Shown in pieces: positions 26,980 to 34,571 of a stretch of 34,571 nucleotides of DNA. Made by a program: the position numbers and the translations under genes. The notes under the pieces were generated by a model, which saw only the letters and a program-made list of their open reading frames with translations, searched no databases and was not told the DNA's origin. The stretch spans positions 1-34,571 of the forward strand of contig JAEOTQ010000194.1 of the NCBI GenBank assembly GCA_016839785.1, written 5' to 3'. The DNA comes from Candidatus Hodarchaeota archaeon (GTDB taxonomy: Archaea > Asgardarchaeota > Heimdallarchaeia > Hodarchaeales > Hodarchaeaceae). How positions within the stretch are numbered: the stretch's first letter is position 1; each line of letters opens with the position of its first letter.

Positions 26980-27963
26980 ATGTGTAGGTATACTAGGAGA
27001 CCATTTGATTTGAAGGAAACACCAATTAGCGATCTATCCCCCCTCAGATCTAAGGCGAGAAATTCGTCAGAATTGGGTTCCAGATCACTCCGAGGATCAG
27101 ATATATTGGTTATTCTTTCTGATGAGGGAGGTTTACCTGTTTATACCAGATTTGTACAGGTTAATGATCTTGGTGACATAACTTACAAAGATACTCCTTC
27201 TACACGCGCTAGTAACGAAAATATTGTTTTGATTTCAGGTCTACTTGAAGCTATCATCCAACTTAAAGACATCATTAAACCTACACTAATAGATTTAACT
27301 GGTAAGCCTAATTCACCAATTTATGTAGATTATGCTAAGGCAGAAAGCGGGATTAGTTTGCTTTCATTGGCCACATCTCCAGAGTTTCAACAACTTCCAG
27401 GGCATTTATTAAGTCAGTATGTACCTTTTCAGAGCGATATCAAGGTCTCAAGTGCGGATTCATGGGAAAAAAACTTTGAGGAAGCGATAGAAAGTCCCTT
27501 AGGGGAAGATGCTGCAATTTATAAAAATATCCTTGGTAAAATTAAGATTGATTTAGCTGATTTCGTGTCTTTTATACTCGTATACGATTATGAAGGGAAT
27601 TACTTATTTTCGACTGCAAAACAACAAGAATTACAAGGAGTTTCAGACCCATTGCTTAATTCAATCTCGCAGTATATCAAACGAGAATATTTAATGCACA
27701 GATATCGGGAAAATCTTACATTAATTGGCGCTAAACGACTACATGATTCAGTCATCTGGCATTTCAAATGTTTCGATAAAATCTTCGTATTTTTCACTTA
27801 TATTATACCCGATTTATACAATTTCGATATTTTAAAGACCGAAATGATCACATTCATAACTAATAACTTGGAGAAGTTCATAAAAGCTACCAAATTATAT
27901 TCCTCGCCTCCTGGTTCAGTTTCTAGTAATATTAAAACAACTCGGTTTACATTTCTATCTTAG
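26980..27963 (+). CDS. Hypothetical protein with probable tandem longin/roadblock-like domains
   Basis: ILVILSDEGGLPVYTR...IVLISGLLEAIIQL is a longin beta-hairpin plus SGLLxAI helix. A second hairpin is FILVYDYEGNYLFS. The start may be TTG near 27010. Confidence 0.55.
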   Translation: MCRYTRRPFDLKETPISDLSPLRSKARNSSELGSRSLRGSDILVILSDEGGLPVYTRFVQVNDLGDITYKDTPSTRASNENIVLISGLLEAIIQLKDIIKPTLIDLTGKPNSPIYVDYAKAESGISLLSLATSPEFQQLPGHLLSQYVPFQSDIKVSSADSWEKNFEEAIESPLGEDAAIYKNILGKIKIDLADFVSFILVYDYEGNYLFSTAKQQELQGVSDPLLNSISQYIKREYLMHRYRENLTLIGAKRLHDSVIWHFKCFDKIFVFFTYIIPDLYNFDILKTEMITFITNNLEKFIKATKLYSSPPGSVSSNIKTTRFTFLS

Positions 27964-28061
27964 CTTTGATGGATTTGACATCTATAAAGTGAAAATATTT
28001 TTAATGATTTTGAGTTATAGAGGGGAGTACTGTAATCAAAATCAAGAAATAAAGGATTCTA

Positions 28062-28856
28062 ATGTCAAACGATAGATCAGATAATCCAAAAGTTGAATTT
28101 GCCAAATCGGGAAGATCCAAATGCCGTGGATGTCAAGAAATAATCACCAAGGCTACACCTCGAATTGGAGTTCCCTCACCATTCACTACACCAAAGGGAG
28201 AGGTAATAACCTCTTATCGCTACTACCATGTAGGATGTACACCTCGTTACATTATTCAAGATATAATTTCATTCTTAACAAAGGAAAACCTTGAAGATTC
28301 AGATTTACAGAAGGATACACTCGCTAGCTTGAATCAAATACTGAAAAAAGAACCTTTAAAAGAAACAAGATCTGAGCAACAGACCGAAAAATCGTTTCTT
28401 GAATATGCAAAAAGCTCTCGTGGTAAATGTAGGGAATGTGAGGAAAAGATTGAAAAGGATACCGTGCGAGTGGCTGAGCCAACGATAGTTGAATTAGATG
28501 ACGGGAGAAAATTCACTTCAAAAAAATATTTTCATGTTAATTGTCATTTAACCAATGTAAATGACCCCAAATCAGAATTAACGATCTTAATTGAAGTTTC
28601 ACTTGAGAAGAAGACAATTCAAGAAGAACAAGCCCTACAAATCAAACAAAAATATGCTGATTTAGATGAGAAAGCAATGGGGGTCGACGAAATTCTTGCA
28701 GGAATCGGGGGTGAAGCAATCAATTTCTCTGTTTTACGTTCCATTGCTAAAGAAAAGGGTGTACAATTCGAATTAATCGAAAAAGCAATAGATAGGGGAT
28801 TAATGCGGGGTGAATACTTTAAACCTACATCAGATACTGTACAAAAATTGGTTTAG
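28062..28856 (+). CDS. Tandem PARP-type zinc-finger protein with C-terminal winged helix
   Basis: VEFAKSGRSKCRGC...YYHVGC and LEYAKSSRGKCREC...YFHVNC. The C-terminal IEKAIDRGLMRGEYFKP has an MCM-like WH pattern. Confidence 0.88.
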   Translation: MSNDRSDNPKVEFAKSGRSKCRGCQEIITKATPRIGVPSPFTTPKGEVITSYRYYHVGCTPRYIIQDIISFLTKENLEDSDLQKDTLASLNQILKKEPLKETRSEQQTEKSFLEYAKSSRGKCRECEEKIEKDTVRVAEPTIVELDDGRKFTSKKYFHVNCHLTNVNDPKSELTILIEVSLEKKTIQEEQALQIKQKYADLDEKAMGVDEILAGIGGEAINFSVLRSIAKEKGVQFELIEKAIDRGLMRGEYFKPTSDTVQKLV

Positions 28857-28908
28857 GTCATTATTTCCACACATCGAGGAAGATAAAGTAAGATTTCGCT
28901 TGGATTTG

Positions 28909-29517
28909 TCATTGTAGTCTATTATTAAAAAATTCCGTTAATTTGGGAAACGCGACTTCAGCCACAGCTTTATATCCTTGAATTGAGAGGTGCACTCCAT
29001 CTCCAACTCCAAATCGTGATTTTAACCTTCCTTCTTCCATTAATTTGGGGTACACATCTATCACATTAGATTTCAAGTTTGTATGAATTAATTGGTTTAA
29101 TTTGAGAACGTATTTTTGAAGGCCGCTAATATTCATCGGCGGTATTGTAAATACAAAGCATTCTATTCTGTTTGAATTACAATATTCATAAGCTTCCTCA
29201 ATGGTTTGCCAAATGACCTTTATTTTTCTTCCCATTCCTATATCATTTGCTCCTCCCCAGAATAAAACACAAGAATATTTGCTTAAATTTGGAATGGATA
29301 ACAATCTATGTAGAATATCAGATGAAAATTCCCCACATACACCTTCATTGACTAGTTCAAAGGAAAATTCGGGAAATTTCTTCAGAAGATCCACTTCTAA
29401 CCAAAATTCATAGGTACTTTCTGGAATCCCTCCAAAATGGGGATCAAACTGAGGAAATCCCGCAGTATGGGAGTTTCCAATGCAAAGAACTTTTTTAACC
29501 TGGGTCATTGAAATCAT
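28909..29517 (-). CDS. SGNH/GDSL-family hydrolase
   Basis: Blocks IGNSHTAG, NEGVCG, GGANDI and DGVHL. Confidence 0.88.
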   Translation of the reverse strand: MISMTQVKKVLCIGNSHTAGFPQFDPHFGGIPESTYEFWLEVDLLKKFPEFSFELVNEGVCGEFSSDILHRLLSIPNLSKYSCVLFWGGANDIGMGRKIKVIWQTIEEAYEYCNSNRIECFVFTIPPMNISGLQKYVLKLNQLIHTNLKSNVIDVYPKLMEEGRLKSRFGVGDGVHLSIQGYKAVAEVAFPKLTEFFNNRLQ

Positions 29518-29520
29518 TGA

Positions 29521-30309
29521 TCATTCTGTCTTAGGGGAATCTAGGATATTAAGGAGAGAAGGTAGATCAATTTGACTATAATCGATCTTTTTTGAATACA
29601 TAAATGCCCCGAGTAAAATTGCGAGGTAAAAAATCACATTTAAGTACACCAACCAGTCAAGTACATTCCAAGTTGTAATTAGTAAGTCTAATTGTTCTAT
29701 ACCTTTCAATATCAACCAGCATAGCACAGAGATAAAGGTGTACACAAGAATAAGTGCACCTAAACTAAAAATTCGTCGTGTGAGCAACATTAATCTTATC
29801 TCCTCACCTTCAAAATTATCTAAAATAAGATTTACTCTCTTATACGCCATTATTAGAAGATAAATTACTGAAATGAAACTAGCTAGATACAGAAAGATTT
29901 CAATTCGAACTGGATCAATTAATAGGTAAATATCTGGATTTATAACCGTGAATACGGTCAAGCTTATAGATCCCCCAAAAATTGGTAGAGTATATCGCTC
30001 ATATGTGTTCGTACAGTTTAAAAAAGCAGAAAAATATGCGTTTCCTACTTCCAAAAATATAATCCACACTAAAACGTTAGCCAGAAGGAAAAAATTAATT
30101 GTTGGAACTTCTGGTAATAAAATTGCTAGAAGAAAGAATAGGAAAATTATACCTGCTGAAACAAAAATAATCGATATATGTAAAAGAATCGGCTCTTCTT
30201 TTTGCTTAAAGAGACGAAAGAATGACACACTGTTCAGTAAGGAAAAAGCGGCAGTGAGTAAAAGTGGAATTCCTAGTATTAACGTCTCAAAAAGTGTCAT
30301 ACTATTCAT
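29521..30309 (-). CDS. Polytopic membrane protein (about seven TM), unknown function
   Basis: About seven hydrophobic segments with short loops. Overlaps the upstream RHH gene by 8 bp. Confidence 0.75.
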   Translation of the reverse strand: MNSMTLFETLILGIPLLLTAAFSLLNSVSFFRLFKQKEEPILLHISIIFVSAGIIFLFFLLAILLPEVPTINFFLLANVLVWIIFLEVGNAYFSAFLNCTNTYERYTLPIFGGSISLTVFTVINPDIYLLIDPVRIEIFLYLASFISVIYLLIMAYKRVNLILDNFEGEEIRLMLLTRRIFSLGALILVYTFISVLCWLILKGIEQLDLLITTWNVLDWLVYLNVIFYLAILLGAFMYSKKIDYSQIDLPSLLNILDSPKTE

Positions 30310-30517
30310 CTCCTAGGAGTTTCTTGTTATCGAGTCCAAGCTCACGATAAATTCTAGTCGCATACTCTTTAGACCATTCTTCAGTTTTTTCTTCGAGAAC
30401 TTTGGCAGCTAGAACAGAAATTTTTAAATTTAATATCTTTGCGTTCTTTTCCAAATGTTCTAGTGTTTTTTTGTTGATTCTAATTGAGAGAACTCTTGTG
30501 GATACCAGTTTACACAC
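30302..30517 (-). CDS. Ribbon-helix-helix (CopG-like) DNA-binding protein
   Basis: TRVLSIRI beta-ribbon, then helix NKKTLEHLEKNAK and helix ISVLAAKVLEE. Confidence 0.7.
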   Translation of the reverse strand: MCKLVSTRVLSIRINKKTLEHLEKNAKILNLKISVLAAKVLEEKTEEWSKEYATRIYRELGLDNKKLLGDE

Positions 30518-30650
30518 CCAATTTCTATATATGATATCAGCAATATGTTATCTCCCTCAAAAATATATCTCACAAATGTAATCTTTGTAAACAAGGAATT
30601 ATCAATAGTCACTTTAATCTTCTTTAATCGTTCCTAGTAATTTTAGTACG

Positions 30651-31622
30651 GTGGTATACTCCATGACTGATGTAACGATGCATTTGACTGCTCAAGATGA
30701 GCAAATACAGTCTAGTTTTCTACAAAAAGTCCAAGTATGGATTTTTGCTTTGAGAGCTCCTTTTTTCACAGCTTCAATTGTACCGTTGCTACTTGGTATG
30801 GCAATTGCGTACTATGAGACAGCCTCATTTGATTTCTTACTTGGATTGTTAACATTGCTTGCAGGCGTATCAATTCATGCAGGAACAAACCTCGCGAATG
30901 ATTATTATGACCGTTCAACAGATGATATCAATATTTACTACTCACAATTTAATGGTGGATCCAGAATGATCCAGAATGATATTATAGCTCCACGTAGAAT
31001 ATTATTAGCTTCTGTATTGTCCTACATAATTGGATCCATTACCACTGTAATAATTCTAGTCTTAATTCAAGGATTTCTTTTGATTGTGTTTTTATCGGTA
31101 GCAGTTCTTTTAGGTTTTTTCTATACAGCGTTACCTGTAAGTCTCAGTTATCGTGGGTTAGGAGAGATAGCAGTATTTGTAGGTTTTGGTCCCCTAGGAG
31201 TATTTTCTGCTTACTACATACAGTTGGGGCATATCGATTCACCTTTATTGACCCTTGCGTCAATACCAATTGCGATTCTGATATCACTAGTCCTTTTTCT
31301 CAACGAGTTTCAAGATTCTGAAGCAGATGCTAAAGCAGGTAAAAATACATTAGTCGTAGCATTAGGTAAAAAGAAATCAGTTAAAATTTACTCTGTCGGT
31401 ATGTTACTGGCTTATATGTCTACAATACTTTTTGTTTTACTATCATGGTTTTCAATCGTCATGCTTCTTCCTTTAGTCACACTACCAATAGCTTTCAAGG
31501 CTGTGACAAACGCAAATAAAAATTTTGATAAGATAAAGGAACTTTTACCAGCTAATGGTCAAACAATACTTATACATTTCGTTTTTGGATTATTATTGGC
31601 ACTTAGTTTCGTGATTGCATAA
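30651..31622 (+). CDS. menA: 1,4-dihydroxy-2-naphthoate prenyltransferase (UbiA family)
   Basis: ALRAPFFTAS, NLANDYYD, GGSR, YRGLGE and NEFQDSEADAKAGKNTL. Multi-TM protein. Confidence 0.85.
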   Translation: MVYSMTDVTMHLTAQDEQIQSSFLQKVQVWIFALRAPFFTASIVPLLLGMAIAYYETASFDFLLGLLTLLAGVSIHAGTNLANDYYDRSTDDINIYYSQFNGGSRMIQNDIIAPRRILLASVLSYIIGSITTVIILVLIQGFLLIVFLSVAVLLGFFYTALPVSLSYRGLGEIAVFVGFGPLGVFSAYYIQLGHIDSPLLTLASIPIAILISLVLFLNEFQDSEADAKAGKNTLVVALGKKKSVKIYSVGMLLAYMSTILFVLLSWFSIVMLLPLVTLPIAFKAVTNANKNFDKIKELLPANGQTILIHFVFGLLLALSFVIA

Positions 31623-31760
31623 TATTGATAATCTAATCAATGTTGTATCGCAGATAAAGAGATAAGACCATCTCTAGATCATTCTTTTAGGAATTCTAAT
31701 GGATTTTCTAACTGAGAATCCGATTGTTTAAGTAAATTTCAAGAAAATTGATTTGATCTT

Positions 31761-33818
31761 TTGGGTAAAGCAATGAAATGCTTAGGTATTGACATTGGAG
31801 GCACTTTCACTGATTTTATATTAGTTGATTCGGAAAAAGGAATGACTCATGTCCACAAAGTATCAAGTACACCTAAAAATCAATCTATTGGAACACAACA
31901 TGGTTTAGATCTGTTTAAAGATAAAGAAATAGAAATATTGAATCTTGATGTTGTGGTTCATGGCACAACTGTTGCTACAAATGCAATATTAGAACGCAAG
32001 GGAGTAAAAACTGCATTACTTGCTACGAAGGGTTTTACTGATGTTATTGAAATCGGGCGTCAAAATCGTTCAAACCTCTATTCGTTTTATCCAAAAAGAG
32101 CAGACCCACTAATCCCAAGACAGTTACGATTTGGAATTTCAGAGCGAGTGGGTTCGGAAGGGAATGTCATAATACCATTAGATCCAGATACAATACATCA
32201 GGTCATTCAGAAAATCCAAGAATTGGGGGTTGAATCAGTAGCAATTTCACTACTTTTCTCCTTTTTCAATCCAACTCACGAAATTGAGATTGCGCAAATC
32301 ATAAGGAAAGCCCTTCCTAACCTACATATTTCCCGATCAAGTTGGGTACTGCCTGTGTTTCGTGAATACGATCGGACAAGTGTAACAGTTCTTGATGCTT
32401 ACATTGCCCCTCTTATGAAAAATTACTTTGATTCACTTTTGGAGGTAGTACATAAGCAAAAGATCACCAATCCTCCATTAATTTTGTTATCTTCTGGTGG
32501 AGTTACTCAGATTAAAAATGCAGCAGAAAGATCTGTTGAGACTGTTCTCTCAGGTTTGGCTGGAGGAGTTCTGGGTGGTTATTATTCTTCTCAATTGCTA
32601 CAGGTTGAGAATATTATAACTTTGGACATTGGCGGAACATCTACAGATGTCGCAAGCATAGTTAATGGAAATATTGAGATTACATCAGAGAATACGATTG
32701 CAGGTTATCCGATCCCACTCCCAACAATCGCTGTCCAAACTATTGGAGCTGGAGGAGGCAGCATAGCTAGACAAAAGTACGGAATACTACATGTTGGTCC
32801 TGAGAGCGCAGGAGCTGATCCAGGTCCAGCTTGCTATGAAAAGGGGGGGAATAATCCTACGGTTACGGATGCCAATCTTGTCCGATGTTTGTTAAATCCC
32901 GATTATTTTTGTAATGGAAGTATAAAAATCAGTTCAAACAGAGCTGCAGAAGTTATAGGCGACCTCTCTAAGCAGTTAACCCTTAAGTCGGATGAGGAAA
33001 CTGCAGAAGGTGTGATTGAGGTTTTCGAAAATAATATTGCATTGGCATTACGAAAGGTAAGTACTGAAAAAGGACTGGATAGTCGTAATTTTACACTATG
33101 TTGTTTTGGAGGAGGCGGACCGCTCCATGCCTGTTCACTTGCTGAACGATTGTCAATGACAAAAGTCATCATTCCTCCTTACCCTGGCGTATGGTCAGCA
33201 TTCGGTTTATTAACGGCTGACATTAAGCATGATTTAACTCAATCCATTATTAAGCCCTTAAACCAATCTGTTCGAACTCAATTGGATTCTTCCTTCGATG
33301 AGCTTGTTCGTGATGGAGTTAAATTGTGTATTGAAGATGGATTCAGTCAAGAAGATATTATCATCGTTAAAAATGTCGATATACGACTTGTTGGTCAATC
33401 TTATGAAATTACGGTGCCATATACTAGTAATATTGAGGAGATTTCAAAGCTTTTTGATAAAGCACACGAAAAAGCATATGGCTATTCTTCTCCAGATGCG
33501 CCTCATGAGATTATCAATATCCGTGTTTCAGCGATTATCACTCTCCCAAAATTTTCCCTAGCAAGACTACCTCAGGGAAGTGAATCACCTTCTCCCAAAA
33601 GTTTTTTAGAGGTCCGTAATGTTTACATAAATGGTGGATGGAAAGAAGCTAACGTTTATCAAAAATCTCTCTTATCTGCTGGTAATAAAATCATCGGTCC
33701 TAGTATAATCGAACAAGCTGACTCCACGATCCTAGTCGATATTGGTTGGAAGATGGAGGTTCTCGAAGATGGGCACATTGTTATGAATAAAACATCAGGT
33801 GGTGAAAACGAACTTTGA
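31761..33818 (+). CDS. Hydantoinase/oxoprolinase subunit A (HyuA-like, ATP-binding)
   Basis: GIDIGGTFTD, HGTTVATNAILER, DIGGTSTD, GAGGGSIA, GPESAGADPGPACY and PTVTDA. The likely start is ATG 31773. Confidence 0.93.
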   Translation: MGKAMKCLGIDIGGTFTDFILVDSEKGMTHVHKVSSTPKNQSIGTQHGLDLFKDKEIEILNLDVVVHGTTVATNAILERKGVKTALLATKGFTDVIEIGRQNRSNLYSFYPKRADPLIPRQLRFGISERVGSEGNVIIPLDPDTIHQVIQKIQELGVESVAISLLFSFFNPTHEIEIAQIIRKALPNLHISRSSWVLPVFREYDRTSVTVLDAYIAPLMKNYFDSLLEVVHKQKITNPPLILLSSGGVTQIKNAAERSVETVLSGLAGGVLGGYYSSQLLQVENIITLDIGGTSTDVASIVNGNIEITSENTIAGYPIPLPTIAVQTIGAGGGSIARQKYGILHVGPESAGADPGPACYEKGGNNPTVTDANLVRCLLNPDYFCNGSIKISSNRAAEVIGDLSKQLTLKSDEETAEGVIEVFENNIALALRKVSTEKGLDSRNFTLCCFGGGGPLHACSLAERLSMTKVIIPPYPGVWSAFGLLTADIKHDLTQSIIKPLNQSVRTQLDSSFDELVRDGVKLCIEDGFSQEDIIIVKNVDIRLVGQSYEITVPYTSNIEEISKLFDKAHEKAYGYSSPDAPHEIINIRVSAIITLPKFSLARLPQGSESPSPKSFLEVRNVYINGGWKEANVYQKSLLSAGNKIIGPSIIEQADSTILVDIGWKMEVLEDGHIVMNKTSGGENEL

Positions 33819-34571
33819 AGTCGGATCTCATCAGCTTAAGTGTAATTCAAAAAGCTCTAGAAAATATTGCAGAAGAAATGGGAATTGTTCTCCGTCGAGC
33901 TTCATTCAGTGCCAATTGTAAGGAGCGTCTTGACTTCTCATGTGCAATTTTTAATCCTGAAGGAGAATTGGTTGCCCAAGCTGAACATATCCCAGTCCAT
34001 TTAGGTGCTATGTATTCTTCGATGGAAACAATATTATCTCAATACAAGATCAGCTCATTTGATCCTGGAGATATCATTGTACTAAATTCTCCCTACTCAG
34101 GAGGCACTCATCTTCCAGATATCTCTTTTGTGCTTCCAGTGTTCATAGAAAATGAGATTACCTTCTTCGTAACTAATCGGGCTCATCATTCAGATATTGG
34201 AGGTTCAACACCCGGTAGCATGCCTGGTACTTCTACGGAGATATATCAAGAAGGTTTGATAATTCCTCCTGTTAAATTGTATGCTAAAGGAAAAGAAAAT
34301 GGGGATATTTTGAACCTCATCTTAGCCAATGTTAGAGTCAAGGAAGAACGCCTGGGTGACTTCAGAGCTCAACGTGCATCATTATTGAGAGGGAATGAAA
34401 GATTAAAGGAACTAGCAGCAAAATATGGTAGAGAATATCTTCTGTCTTCAGTAGTACAATTAATGAAACTTTCAGAACTCTCTTTTAGCAAACATCTTCG
34501 AAAATTTCCAGAGAAGAAACTTTTTTTCACTGATTTTCTGGACTCCAACGGAGTTACTGATAATCCTGTGA
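33815..34571 (+). CDS. Hydantoinase B/oxoprolinase subunit (HyuB-like), 3'-truncated by the window edge and absent from the ORF track
   Basis: A TTG overlapping the upstream TGA starts MKSDLISLSVIQKALENIAEEMGIVLRRASFSANCKERLDFSCA...HIPVHLG...NSPYSGGTHLPD...RAHHSDIGGSTPGSM...YQEG. Confidence 0.92.
   Translation, partial: MKSDLISLSVIQKALENIAEEMGIVLRRASFSANCKERLDFSCAIFNPEGELVAQAEHIPVHLGAMYSSMETILSQYKISSFDPGDIIVLNSPYSGGTHLPDISFVLPVFIENEITFFVTNRAHHSDIGGSTPGSMPGTSTEIYQEGLIIPPVKLYAKGKENGDILNLILANVRVKEERLGDFRAQRASLLRGNERLKELAAKYGREYLLSSVVQLMKLSELSFSKHLRKFPEKKLFFTDFLDSNGVTDNPV

Noticed and set aside
29521-30309. Rhodopsin
   Set aside because: No retinal-binding lysine motif (DxxxK/SxxxK) lies within the last helix.
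43-33561. Remaining short ORFs nested in or antisense to long genes (e.g. 4406-4729, 13735-14118, 29948-30316, 33298-33561)
   Set aside because: They overlap well-supported genes and show no recognisable motifs.

Overview
An AT-rich, gene-dense archaeal chromosomal segment. It is most likely from an Asgard archaeon (Heimdallarchaeia-like). This is inferred from an Arf-like GTPase, several longin/uDENN-like proteins, a PGF-type C-terminal sorting signal and dph2. I saw no rRNA, tRNA, CRISPR array or clear mobile element. Bases 1-11.6 kb hold a catabolic cluster: form IV RuBisCO-like protein, a MoaD/ThiS ubiquitin-like protein missed by the ORF track (probable CTG start), acyl-CoA ligase, tungsten AOR, SCP2 lipid carrier, Fe-ADH, class III aminotransferase and FGGY kinase. 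Next come a divergent pair of an Arf-like GTPase-longin fusion and an NPRL2/SMCR8-like longin protein, an MFS transporter, an orphan DNA methyltransferase with a PIP-box-like tail, a surface-anchored metallophosphoesterase, a single-OB SSB, split LKR + SDH saccharopine genes, a GNAT, XerA and Dph2. The last part has a tandem longin-like protein, a stand-alone tandem PARP-type zinc-finger/winged-helix protein, an RHH-7TM-SGNH operon, MenA and hydantoinase/oxoprolinase A and B (B truncated by the window end). The strongest novelty candidates are the PARP1 Zn1-Zn2-like protein and the GTPase/longin module. All homology calls rest on motif recognition by eye, and reference sequences are quoted from memory.
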